Assembly (NCBI GenBank): GCA_964016885.1
Contig: OZ024743.1
Location: 113,584,001 to 113,648,000, forward strand
Direction: 5' to 3'
From: Eledone cirrhosa
Taxonomy: Eukaryota
DNA length: 64,000 bases
This document shows positions 1-12,190 of this stretch, piece after piece (position 1 is the first letter of the stretch; the number at the start of each line of letters is the position of its first letter). The translations under genes and the position numbers were made by a program. The notes beneath the pieces were generated by a model. It was not told the origin of the DNA, made no database searches, and saw only the letters and a program-made list of their open reading frames with translations.

Positions 1-318
1 ATTTGGTCATTCCATGAGAGTATCTTGGTTAGCCCATGAAGTAGTGGTGCTAGAGCTGTGAAATCTTGCATGCATTAATTTCAACTCTTCTTATTAATAA
101 CTACATTGTTTCTTTCCTGGGACTATGTTGAAAAATAAACCTCATTTGGTCATTCCATGAGAGTATCTTGGTCAGCCCATGAAGGAGTGGTGCTAGAGCT
201 GTGAAATCTTGCATGCATTAATTTCAACTCTTCTTATTAATAACTGCATTGTTTCTTCCTGGGACTATGTTGAAAAATTAACCACATTTGGTTATTCCAT
301 GAGAGTATCTTGGTCAGC
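1..318. repeat. Tandem repeat, ~143-bp unit, ~2.2 copies visible (may continue left of window)
   Basis: Unit start ATTTGGTCATTCCATGAGAGTATCTTGG recurs at 1, 144 and 286. Confidence 0.9.
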
Positions 319-577
319 TTATGGATTTTTCCGCCGACTCATATGTGTTATATTTTTAGACATACTGTTGTTGAGAAATCTAAGTTTCTGCTTGAGTAGA
401 CCAGTGTCATGAAGACAACTGGTTAATTAAATGAAACAGATGAGAACAACTAAACTGGAACATGCAGATGATATAACATCAATTGATGTCTGGCTTGAGT
501 TTCAGCATTTCACCAGCTCTTTCTTACTATTACAATTCTATTGAGTGTATGCTGTCTTGACATTTAACATTTATATT

Positions 578-677
578 TGTGTGTGTGTGTATGTGTGCAT
601 ACGTGTGCACATATATATGAGTGTATATATGGATTTATGTATGTATATATGTATCTCTGCATGTATGTGTGTATGTG

Positions 678-726
<49 letters not shown>

Positions 727-790
727 GTGTGTGTATGTGTGTACATATATGTGTTTGAGTGGGTGTCAGTATGTGTATGTATATATGGGT
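578..790. repeat. Compound (TG)n/(TA)n microsatellite
   Basis: Direct inspection; source of the VCVCV/HTHT ORFs. Confidence 0.95.
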
Positions 791-1004
791 AGTGTTTTCG
801 ATGCTCAGAGAGTAGGATTGGTCGAGTACAAGGCCTTTCCGCCACTTAAAAAACCTTCAAAGTACAGGCATTGTTTGTTCAGGTTATATTACAGATTTGT
901 GTGGGTGGCTGTAACCTAAAAGTGCACCATTTTCTGTAATCTGACAAGCGGTTGCAATACTCTTAGCAGAGTTTGCAGCCATCATGTATGCATGTATATG
1001 TATG

Positions 1005-1057
<53 letters not shown>

Positions 1058-1059
<2 letters not shown>

Positions 1060-1265
1060 GTGTAGGTGCCACGGAAAAAGCACCCAGCACTCACTGTAAA
1101 TGAGGTTGGTGTTAGGAAGGGCATCCAGCTATAGAAATCAACCCAAAATCAGTCCCTGTATGAGCAAGGCATGGTCAGCCGACCAGACACTGCCCACAAC
1201 AGGACAACCCGTCTAACCCATGCTAGCATGGAAGAACGGACGTAAAACGGTGATGATGATGATGA
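1058..1265 (+). mobile_element. Non-autonomous RTE-derived retroelement (body plus RTE-like tail and (GAT)n); related copies near 7165-7490(-), 11745-11968(+), 12943-13140(+), 59420-59640(+)
   Basis: Shared GTTGGTGTTAGGAAGGGCATCCAGC motif and CCCATGCTAGCATGGAA..GGACGT tail ending in GATGATGAT. Confidence 0.75.
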
Positions 1266-1279
1266 TATATATATATGTA

Positions 1280-1310
<31 letters not shown>

Positions 1311-1864
1311 GAAAACATTAAACAGTGATGTTAATTTTGAGACATATGATCTTATATGATCTTTGTTTTAAAGTATATAGGAAGTTTTCTCTGGATATTG
1401 ATTTACCTGCTTTATTTACTAGGTTGAGCAACCATATAGATATAGAATGAACTCATGGGATGGGTCTCTATTTGGTTGGTTGATCTGATAGAAATTTCGG
1501 GCAAAACTCCCTTAAACTACACACGATATTACCTTACAGAAAAATACTTTGGATAATATAGTCTAATCTACAGTGTTGTCATTGTTGGTTGTGTTTATGA
1601 AGCTGCTACAATGCAGATGGAGTTGTAAAGATTCATGCAACAAATTGTTGTGTAGAAATAGAGAGGTAAGGTTGAGTGAAGAAGAGAAAGAAAAATGGAA
1701 AAAAGAAAAGAAAAGAATCAGAGATAATGTTTCCTTGGAAGTATTTATTGATCACTATATTTTGGATGTCAAAAGAGAGTCTGAAGGAAACTTTGAATGT
1801 CAGAGAAGGCCTTTCTGTTCCTCTGAGTGGCTCTGAACATCTGTTGGTTCCAATAATAAGTGAT

Positions 1865-2152
1865 CAGTTGATTGAACAACAGGACAGTCTACTCGTGAAT
1901 TTAACGTGCAAGTCGTTGAACATTCCACAGACATGTATTTTTGATGTAGTTCTCATGGAGGTTCAACATGACACAGTCTGTAACTAGGCTGGCTCTTTGA
2001 ATTACAGGTACAACCTATTTTTGCTAGCTGAGTAGACTAAATCAATATTAAATAAAGCATCTTGCTCAAAGATAAAAGGTGTTGTTTGAAATTGAACTCA
2101 TGGCATTAAGATTGTGTACTGAACATCCTAATCACTAAGCTATGCGCTTTCA
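1865..2152 (-). mobile_element. Old tRNA-derived CORE-type SINE (family that is parent of the 31.8-35.6 kb satellite); partial copy near 9700-9895
   Basis: Reverse-strand A/B-box head, CORE-like TTGAGCAAGATGCTTTATT segment, tail shared with 31440-31550. Confidence 0.7.
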
Positions 2153-2348
2153 CTGAAATACTCTATTGCTAACAAAAAACAAACAACAAACTCCAATAAT
2201 CGTGACTTAAATTCCTTTGATCATATGTATGTTTGATAAGAGCTTGTTGGTGTTGGTGTTAGTGTGAGTAGTGGGGGAAGCTAAATAATAAAAACAACAT
2301 AGATTGAGAAGCTTATTCACTGACATGCAGATAAGTTGTTGTTAGGAG

Positions 2349-2388
<40 letters not shown>

Positions 2389-2414
2389 TATATACATATA
2401 TACACACACTCACA

Positions 2415-2514
2415 CAGGTGTCCCCCCAAAAAAGTATTCACACTTCAACAGCATTCTTATAAGTATTGCTTGTACAGGTAATCAAAGTGTGTATACATTT
2501 TTTGGGACACCCTG
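2415..2514. mobile_element. Tc1/mariner-type MITE; inverted copy at 3113-3211
   Basis: Ends CAGG(G)TGTCCC..AAAAA / TTTTTGGGACACCCTG in TA context. Confidence 0.8.
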
Positions 2515-2537
2515 TATATATATATATGTATATATAT

Positions 2538-2724
2538 AAACCAAGAGGGTGTGGTAAGATACCAGGTGGGCCATAGATCCAAACAGTTCGGATCTAGTTG
2601 TCGAAACGGCCGGAGCTCAGCCATCGGGGTCCTGATTCTTTTCCTATTACCCACTCTACTATACCTTTAAGTATTGAGTACTCTGGTGCGTTATGGCCCA
2701 CCTGGTATCTTACCACACCCTCTT

Positions 2725-2729
<5 letters not shown>
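2538..2729. mobile_element. MITE with perfect 38-bp TIRs inserted in (TA)n
   Basis: AAACCAAGAGGGTGTGGTAAGATACCAGGTGGGCCATA at 2538-2575 and its reverse complement at 2692-2729. Confidence 0.9.
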
Positions 2730-2757
<28 letters not shown>

Positions 2758-2760
<3 letters not shown>

Positions 2761-3066
2761 CATCATCATCATCATCATCATCATCATTTTACGTCCGCTT
2801 TTCCCTGCTTGCAAGGGTGGGACGGGTCTTATTCAGCACAGCATCTCTCCACTCGTCACGGTCCCTCGTCATCTCCACCGTGAGCTTCAATGATCTGAGG
2901 TCTGTTCTCACCACCTCCGCCCATGTTTTTCGTGGTCTACCTCTACCACGTCTTCCTTCAACTGGCATTTCCTGGCACTTCTTCACCCATCGGTCATCCT
3001 CCATGCGCATCACATGTCCATACCACCTCAGTCTCCTCTCCCGTACACTACATTCTATCCCTCTCA

Positions 3067-3069
<3 letters not shown>
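2758..3069 (-). mobile_element. 5'-truncated RTE-clade LINE 3' end with (GAT)n tail
   Basis: Translation RRLRWYGHVMRMEDDRWVKKC..VEGRRGRGRPRKTW..RDRDEWR, the typical RTE ORF C-terminus. Confidence 0.9.
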
Positions 3070-3112
<43 letters not shown>

Positions 3113-3223
3113 CAGGGTGTCCCAAAAATGATTACACACTTTGATTACCTGTACAAGCAGTACTTATAAGAATGCTGTTGAAGTGTGAATACTTTTTTGG
3201 GGGGACACCTGTGTGAGTGTGTG

Positions 3224-3274
<51 letters not shown>

Positions 3275-4324
3275 CGGCGATGAATTAATTTTACGAGGTT
3301 TTTTATATGAAATCGTGTGTCGAAACAAATATTGTTATACTTGGGGAGGGTGATATTTGTGTAATATTGCCAGAATTAATAACAGAACACACTCACTGGT
3401 TGGTTGGTTTTCGCTTTTCGCTTCTGTATCTTTTATATCGGTAATCTAATATAATATAATATACTCGGTCCTCAATGTTGCCATTGACTGACCGACGGTC
3501 AAAAATAATACAGATACAATATAGACACAAACACATATATATAGTTTATCATAAATCTTTCGTTGCACATCTGCAACATCGTCAGTGGTTCTATTGTTTC
3601 CTCCTGTTGAATTGTATGGCTACGCCATTTTTATTCAGTCTGTCTATATATTTATTTATTTATTTGCTTGTTCATTTACCTCATTTTTATATATTCTCCA
3701 ATCTATGTAGAGAAAAAATTCGTTGTTGCTCACTGCTATTTTTTTAGTAGCCAAGCCATCAACAAGTCTATAATATTCCCGCTTGCTCTAGTGGCCAGGT
3801 CACGTACGGGTCACTTTAATGGCTATAGCCCATACGTGCTGGTAGTTAGCATTATATTTGCTGACCGTGGGACAAATGTCCTATAGAATGTCCTATCTGA
3901 AGAATGTCCTATCTGAAGAAAGCTACTTTCCGTTGGAAATTCTCCGAATTTCCAATCTTTTGTGGATAGAAATCGCCGGTAATAGCATTATGAACAGGTA
4001 GATATTTAAATTATTTTTTAATTTATTTAAAGGATTGTTTAATGTTTGTTTGTTCTGCTCATCAATTTTTATATATATATATATACATATATATTGTCCA
4101 AACCCATGCGACCGTGGAATATGGACGTTAAACGATGATGATGATGATGATATATACATATATATATAGAAATTTATTATAATTATTGACCAACCAATCA
4201 AATTACTTCTCTAAAAACCTGGCATTTCGAGCCACTTTTTTCCATATAAAACAAGTAACATTCAAAGACCAACCAGATGTTGCTCTTAAAATTAGTCCTG
4301 GGCTAGTAGTGGTGTCAGAACTAG

Positions 4325-6060
4325 CTGGAATTTGCAGACTGCATAGTACTACTTAACTCATCAGAAAGTGATCTCCGACATGCCCTTGATAGGATTGCTG
4401 CCAAGTGCTGCATGGCAGGACTGGAAATCAGTGCTGTTAAGACTGAGACAGTTATCCTATAAAGGAAGCCTATGCAGTGCACTTTACATTTGAGTGGTGT
4501 TCCATTGAAGTAGGTGAAGTAGTTCAGGTATATCAACCACTTTTATGATTGACTAGCAGCAAGACCCAGCGTTGCACAGGGTAGGAAATGTGAAATAGCA
4601 ACATGCATATGCAAAGATTGAGGAATGTAGCTGTGTACTTTTTGAATTCTCTTATTCTCAGGGAATGATTGTTCATCTACTGGAAACATAGAACACCAAC
4701 AGGCCGAATCCAGTAGTAGCAGTGTCAGTGGGATGATTGCGGAAATCCTGTATGCGAAAGGAGTAAGTAAGTGTTGTGGGGCGATGTATGTCGTAAGTCT
4801 GTTCATGAATTACGTCACGGATGGGGAACACACGTCAGTCTGAAGGAGCGACGTAGTCAATTGTGTGAAAACCAAGTAGGGATGTACTTTTAAGTAGGGA
4901 TATTGAGATGACGAAATCATTGTGGCAACGCAGCTGCAGCAGGAGGGGGTCATAGTGCAATTAGCACAAACGCTGGGTGGCAAAAGGTGCGACAAAAGGC
5001 GTCACCGCGGAATTAGCACAACCACTGTTCGGCATACTTGCGCAGGGTGTTCATACTGCGGTGTAGGTGCAACAAAAGGGGTCTTAGTAGAAGTAGCACA
5101 GACATGAGTTTTATGGTGTCAATAACACGGCAACATACACAGGGCCTGGATTTGCGCGTGATGAAAGCACGAAGCGTCAACAGGGCGCTGACAAAAATTG
5201 TAAGGTCCTCCTCATTTCCTCAATCCCCCGAAAATGGTCCTGCTTAAAAGTAAGTGTTATGTCCTCTGTTAAATAAACTAAATTTTTAACAAAATATTAT
5301 ACGTTACTTACGATGTTAAAGGAGCGTTTATATTGAAAATAAAAATGGCATGTAATGCCCAATGCTAATTTGTAAATTTCCTAGAAACCATTAATGGAAT
5401 CGGAAATTTTGTCCACAGCAATGCGAGGGGACTAACTAATGTGTGTTGCAAATTTCGAGGAAATCGGCTGGATTATCTTTAAGTTACACCTTAAAAAAGC
5501 CTAAAATGCCTTTAAAATGCAGTTTTTCGCCTGATGCAGGCCCTAGGGCAGAAAAAGTTGACATTTTTTTAGCCCATTGCATTTCAAGAAATATAAGTAA
5601 TGAATGTGTAAAGTTTGAAAAAAATCATCAGGTACTTCTCGAGTTTTAGGGATTTACACACACAGACAGACATCCTCTGTTTTATGTATAGAGAGATGAA
5701 AGGCAGGTGGCTGAATTAAGCGCAAGAATTGCAGGAGCTCATGCAGTAATGCATCAATTTCAGTATTCAGTTGTCAGAAAAATAGAGGTTGGTATAACTT
5801 CCAAACTCACCATCTTCAGTTCAATATTTTTGGAAACCCTTACTTATGGTCATGAATCTTAGGTAATGACCGAAAGAATACGATCAGGAATACAAGTGTT
5901 TGAAATGGGGGTTCCTCCAAACAATCTTTGGAGTAACATTACTCGATAGAGTGTGTAGCTCAGAAATCAGGGAGTTGCTCCAGGTAGAACCGCTACTTCT
6001 TCAAATTGAGAGATCACAGCTCTGATATTATGGACATATAGTCAGAATTGCTGGACAGAT
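4325..6060 (+). mobile_element. Decayed RTE (Rex3/Expander-like) LINE RT fragment split by a Helitron (pieces ~4325-4545 and ~5697-6060)
   Basis: Degenerate DLRHALDRIAAKC.MAGLEIS..KTE, then LTYGHES*VMTERIRS..VEPLLLQIERSQL; colinear with 42126-42312 and 63815-64000. Confidence 0.8.
4553..5696 (-). mobile_element. Non-autonomous Helitron
   Basis: Minus-strand 5' TCTCTCTATACATAAAACAGAGGATGTCTGTCTG and 3' hairpin-like GCAACGCTGGG..CTGCTAG end; no TSD; interrupts the RTE fragment. Confidence 0.8.
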
Positions 6061-7609
6061 TATAGAATGTGTCTGAAAGCTTTAAGTAATATTTCAAACA
6101 TCAGCTTACTAATGAAATTTAGCATTTAAACCAGTTGTATCCAGCCAGATTTCTCTCACACCTTTCTGTTAAAACCGGCCATAACTGGCCACTCATACTG
6201 ACGTTAAGGTATTGTTCTCAAAATAAATAAATATCAAAATCTCATAGATTCAATATTATGTGAGATAAAGCCTTTACCTCGAACATACAATAGTCATATA
6301 AATAACAATGTAAATGCTAAAGGGTTAGGGTTAGAGACCTGGAAAAAATGCCAAAAAATATTTTGTACAATAATCTAGCAATTCTGTGAACTCACCAACC
6401 TGGATTGGTACTTTTATTTTATCAAAATTAAAAGTACGTAAAGCAAAGGTAACCATAACTATATGGACTCAAAGGTGCAGAAAGCTGGAACAAATATTAC
6501 AAGTCATTTTGTCCCCTGCTCTAACAACTCTGCTAATTTACCAACACTCAAACTAACACAAACCCAGCATGTGTGCTACTCAAGTATTTTTGTATTATTT
6601 CCATTTACTAGGCAGACCACAATAGTTTATTCCATCAACATAATTAATTTGGAGTGACACAAATGAGGGAGAATCACATTTTAATTGTTAAGAATTAAGA
6701 CACTCAAGGTTTTTGCTGAAAGAAGAACAAGTTGTAATACGTTTGCTTTATTTCCCAGAGGCATTAGTACTGTAAATAAATCAATACTACCTCTAGAGAA
6801 GAGTGGGAGTAATACACATAATGTAGTGAGATAATTAAAATTGCTCCTTAATGATGAGAATAATAATTATCAAAATTACTAATTCTGGTTTAAAGAATAG
6901 CAAAGGACACAACCTCCCAAATATGTGTCATCATCATCACTATTCAACGTTTATTTTCCATGCTTGTTAGGGTTAGATGGGTTGTAACATTGTAAGGTTA
7001 GACAGCTCATGTGTCCATGTCTTGGTTATACAATAGTATTGTTGGTTAATCCGTTTGATACCAACCTGCCCAAAACTGGTCCAAGCTCTATGACACAAAG
7101 CAACCCATTTTAAAGAATCCCTATTTAAATAAAAATTTTCCAACATAATTTTATATATGAATCATCATCATCATTTAATGTCCATTTCCCCCACTAACAT
7201 GGTTTAGACGGGTTGTCTTATTTGAGGCAAGTTGGGTCAGATGACCGTGTCTTACTCATATAGAACTGTTTCTGGCTAGGTTTCTACGACTGGAGCCCTT
7301 CCTAATGCCAACCACATTTACAGTGTGTGCTGGTTGCTTTTTGTTGTGGCTTCTACGTGACCACTTTACAGTGTGGGCTGGGTGCTTTTTGTCGTGACAC
7401 CTACACAACCAATTTACAGTGTGGGCTGAGTGGTTTTTGTTGTGACACCTACACGACTACTTTACAGTGTGGGCTGGATATATTTTGTTTACAGTGTAAG
7501 GTTGGTGTGGACAGGTGTGGATGGGCGAGAGTGTAGTGGTTAGGAGGTGCCTACTAGATGTATATCTGAGTCTATGTGCATGGGAAGGAATGTCTTCTGT
7601 ATTACTGCA

Positions 7610-7942
7610 TAACGCCAAAGATCTAGATCCTGTCTTTGAGAGGTTTAGTTGCGCAAGGCCAGCTTTTATCACCTTGTCCAATTCCATAGCTTCCATCAAT
7701 TTTGATCGCTCTGCAATTTTTATAGTTGTTGTCCTTCATACACATCACATGACCATACAAACGCAATCTCCTCTCTAGCATACTGCATCTGATTCCTCTT
7801 ATACCTAGTTTCTCTCTTAGTTCATTTACGCTTTGCCGTTGATGTATATTACTATTACACATCCATTGGAGCATGCATGCATCATTTCTTTCCAGTCTTC
7901 GCAGGTACTCTGTACACAGTACCCAGATTTCACTACCATAAT
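7610..7942 (-). mobile_element. Decayed RTE LINE 3' coding fragment
   Basis: MLQWMCN..VNELREKLGIRGIRCSMLERRLRLYGHVM. Confidence 0.8.
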
Positions 7943-8202
7943 AAAATCATCATCATTATCAGTGACTAGCAGAAAAACCACCCTTCGGGTGGTTTTCTGT
8001 TAGCATGTGTAGTGTGTATATTGATATTATACGCAGGTATATATACATGTAGATATGATACATCAAATAAAATCATAATTGACAACATATAATACCTTCG
8101 GGTGGTTTTCTGTTAGCATGTGTAGTGTGTATATTGATATTATACGCAGGTATATATACATGTAGATATGATACATCAAATAAAATCGTAATTGACAACA
8201 TA

Positions 8203-8392
8203 TAATTGTTTCTACTTTAGGCACAAGGCCAGCAATTACCCAGTGCATTACTGGTACTTTATTTTATCGACCCCGTAAGGATGAAAGGCAAAGTTAACCT
8301 CGGCGGGATTTGAACTCAGATCGTAAAGGGCCGTAACTATGCTGGAAAGCATGGCGTCCGACCCTCTACCGATACTGCCAATCCACCGCCCT
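8203..8392 (-). mobile_element. tRNA-derived SINE with Meta/MESC-like core, full length with TSD
   Basis: A box TGGCAGTATCGG, B box GAGTTCAAATCCC, core GCCTTTCATCCTTACGGGGTCGATAAAATAAAGTACC; flanking duplication GTAATTGACAACATATAAT. Confidence 0.85.
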
Positions 8393-9196
8393 GTAATTGA
8401 CAACATATAATACATAGAAATTGAATGAAGACTGTGTTACACTGTCTTATTTAATCAGTAACGTAATCCATGATACATTAAAAAAGACGATATTATATAT
8501 AAACCTCATTAGGAGAAAATTAGTGACAGAAAATTAGTATGTTTATTTAAGCCAACCAGAAGTGTTGACATTTCAGAAATTTTAAAGAAGTGAATCTTTA
8601 AATAAACAAAATATATTTAATCAACACCCACGAAATTTAGTATATAAATTATGTAATATTCATTCATTATTTATTCAAAGTAATCCAACTTATTTTACTA
8701 ATGGGATGAAAAATTATAAACCGTACGCAGTCCTGCACTCCTTACTTTATTATAGTTTAGATTAATCCCTATTTTCCATGCTTGTATGGGTTAGGGTGGT
8801 CGTAACTTAATGAAGCTTGACAGGTCATGTGATCATATCTCAATTATACATTCCATTTTTGGCTGGCTCTTTTATGGATAGGTTTTCTTTGGCTAGATGC
8901 CCTTCCTAATGTCAACCACTTTACAATATGTACTGGGAACATTTTTCATGGCACAAGCACCAGCTGCTTTACAGCGATAGAACGACAATAAGAACATCTT
9001 CATTGCTAGATTGACATTTGTTAAGACATTAATTTAGTGGATAATTTGATGGATAATCAATTGAAATCCACTGTAGGTGTTTCAGTATGTTTCACGGAGG
9101 TAAGACACTTTGATTAAAATGAATTAAATATGGGATGTAATAAGAAGTGAGTCTGATTTTTAACAGAATGGTAATAATTGCAAGCATCATTTGGTC

Positions 9197-9424
9197 TTAA
9201 CCCTTTAGCATTTACATTACTCTATATATATACTATTGTATTTTATTGGTAAAGGCTTTATCTTACATAATTATCTCACATAATATTGAATCTGAGATTT
9301 TGATATTATTTATTTTGAGAACAATACCTTAACATCAGTATGAACGGCTGGTTACAGCCAGTTTGAACAGAAAAAGGTGAGAGAATTCTGGCCAAATACG
9401 GCTGGTTTAAATGCTAAAGAGTTA
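9197..9424. mobile_element. piggyBac-like TTAA MITE (~225 bp); copies at ~6115-6327, 31550-31777, 35915-36124, 36910-37142, 42692-42900, 44490-44669
   Basis: Ends TTAACCCTTTAGCATT..AATGCTAAAG(G/A)GTTAA; conserved internal sequence among copies. Confidence 0.8.
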
Positions 9425-10570
9425 AAATTCATTAGAAAAGGATAGTTTAACTGTGATTACATTATTTCAGACTGACTAAAAATATACATAGGTATTTTGT
9501 GAAAGAATACAGTGTGGCATTAGAACTTGGAAGAAGGACTGGGAGGAAAATATCCAGAGTTGTCTGCTGCATGAAAACTTAAAAGAAACGTGAAAGATGG
9601 CATATTGGTTGCCTTAAACTAAGAAATTGTTCAGACTGACCTTCTTTCTACCCATAATGTGTTGTTTATATTATACCTCTATAATTTTCTATGATGATTG
9701 TTCCAGTTGATTCACCCAACAGAACTGCCTGGTCAGGAAATTGTGTAAGTGGCTGAGCACTCCACAAATACGTGCACCCTTAAAATAGTTATCAGGGAGA
9801 TTCAGCATGACAATGTTTGACAAACCTGGCCTCTTGTAGGCACAACTCGTTTTTGTCAGCTGAATATACTAGATCAATGTGAAATAAAGTGTCATGCATT
9901 CACTCGACAATATGCCACACACTATTATACTTGGAGGGAAATACCCAGGGCTACCTGTTGCATGAAAACTTAACAGTAAAGTATGGACTGGCCTATTGAA
10001 TGCAGTAAATTAAGGAATTTTTATTAATTTAAAATGCAAAATGCAGACCAAGATTGTAAATCCATTTGAGCAAGACAGATCAAGTGTTGAACAAGAACAA
10101 GAACAACAATAACCTTACCACGCTCTATCTTCTGGTTAACCCTAGATGTTCTACTCCGTTCCTACAAACTGAAGTTAATCTTTTGTCTCCTCATCACCAT
10201 TATCATCATCATCGTCGTCATTATCATCATTAGACCTCACTGAAGCATAGTCCTTCATTATTCTGCCATATACTTAGAGAAAAATAAATATCTATAAGTA
10301 CAGAGTATATACATACATTGACAGACAATGGTTGAATGGTTAAGAAGTTCACATGGAACTGAGTTCATTTTATTTTGCCACCAGTATTAACAAAGTTGTT
10401 ATGTCTTTGATACAGCTAAAGAGTCCTCCTGACCCTTTGTTTGGTGGGTTTTCTACAGCTCAATATTCTTCTTATCAGCAATCACTGCTGGAAAAAAATT
10501 CATAGTGCATATCATAATGATTGACATTATCATTATCATAGTCCTTCATATTTCTGCCGTATCATTAGTG

Positions 10571-10603
<33 letters not shown>

Positions 10604-11347
10604 TGTACAGAGTTTGTACATAGATGGACAGAGTTTGACTGAATGGTTAAGTTTGTTTTGCAGTCAGTTAGGGCCTGGGTTTGATTCTGCTGCATAGCAT
10701 CTTGGAGAAAATGTCATTTACCATAACCAGCTTGACCTGTGTCTAGTGGGTAAATGGAAACTGTTTGGAAGCCCACTGGATCAGCTCCGTTTAACATCTG
10801 CTTTCCCTGATAGTGAGGGTTGGATAGGTCTCATGTGAAGGTTCTAATCCCACAGATGAGCCAGGAGCCTGCAATATGCTTACGTACATTACTGCACTCT
10901 ACTGAGTGCTCAGAGAGGTCAGCAGCCCACAGTTCTTTTACATATGATCCCACATTCTACCAAATGCCTTTTATTGTGTCATGAGTATTAGGGAGGTTGT
11001 CATGTCTTTGACACAGTGGAAGGGCAGGTTTTCTATGGCTGAATGCCAAATGACCTCTATCCAAATCGATGTAGATCCATCAAATAAAGCTATATGAAGT
11101 GGACACATGAAAGGAAGAACCTAAACTATGAATGATTTAAGACATCATATGAAGCCCAAGGATGGCAGTACCTGGCAATTCCAGTAGAGGTGGGATGCCA
11201 TGGATTTGTAACTAGATTTCAGAACTAGACCGGTATAAACCAGACATGGTCACCTGACCTAGGATTGCCCACGACTGGACAATCCTGCCTAACCCATGCT
11301 AGTGTGGAAAATGGACGAAAAGACGGAGGTGATGATGATATGTGCGT

Positions 11348-11692
11348 ATCATCATCATCATCATTTCATTTTACGTCCGCTTTTTCCCTGCTTGCAAGGG
11401 TGGGACGGGAACTGATTCTGGCTTGATTTCTACAGCTGGATGCCCTTCCTAACACCAACCTCATTTACAGTGAGTGCTTGGTGCTTTTTTGCCGTGGCAC
11501 CTCCACGACCACTTTACAGTGGAATAATAGGGACCCCAGTCCCTATCATCTCATTTCTACAGCTGAGTAAACTGGAGCAATGTGAAATAAAGTGTCTTGC
11601 TCAAGGAAACAACACATCACCCGGTCTGAGAATTGAACTCACAACCTTTCGATTGCAAGGCCAATGCTCTAACCACTAAGCTATGTGCCTCC
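11348..11692 (-). mobile_element. Young CORE-SINE with RTE-derived tail
   Basis: Head GCTTAGTGGTTAGAGC..GAGTTCAATTCTC, CORE CCTTGAGCAAGACACTTTATTTCAC..CAGCTGTAGAAATG, tail CCCACCCTTGCAAGCAGGGAAAA(A)GCGGACGTAAAATG(ATG)n. Confidence 0.85.
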
Positions 11693-11969
11693 ATATATAC
11701 ATACATATGTATATATAGACCTTGTGTGTATATATGTATATAACATCCAGCCCACACTGTAAAGTGGACATGTAAAAGACACGGCAAAAAGGACCTAGCA
11801 CACACTGTCAATGTGGTTGGCATTAGGAAGGGTATCCAGCCGTAGAAAACCTGCCTGAAACACTCCTATATGAGTGAGACTTGGTCACCCGACCCAACTT
11901 GCCTCTAAATGGGACAAACCCGTCTAACCCATGCTAGCGTGGAAGTTAGACGTTAATCAATGATGATAC

Positions 11970-12190
11970 GAAGGTTAGTGGCTTGTAAGTAGATCTATAT
12001 TGAATTTAGGAAGGATAGCAGTTTGTAACTAGATCCACATACAAAGGTTTGTGGTTTGTTACTAGATTGACATTGGATAGCAGCTTGTAACTAGTTCTAT
12101 ATTGGTATTAGGAAGGATAGCAGCTTGTAACTAGTTCTATATTGGTATTAGGAAAGATAGTGGTTTGTAACTAGATCTATATTGGTATTC
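11970..12190. repeat. Minisatellite, ~40-bp unit, ~5 copies
   Basis: GGAAGGATAGCAGCTTGTAACTAGTTCTATATTGGTATTA repeated with variation. Confidence 0.85.

Noticed and set aside
545-1090. ORFs rich in VC/HT/YI, and similar ones throughout the window
   Set aside because: They are translations of (TG)n/(TA)n microsatellites.
1573-1987. Lys/Glu-rich ORFs
   Set aside because: Purine-rich low complexity overlapping an old SINE, with no recognisable homology.
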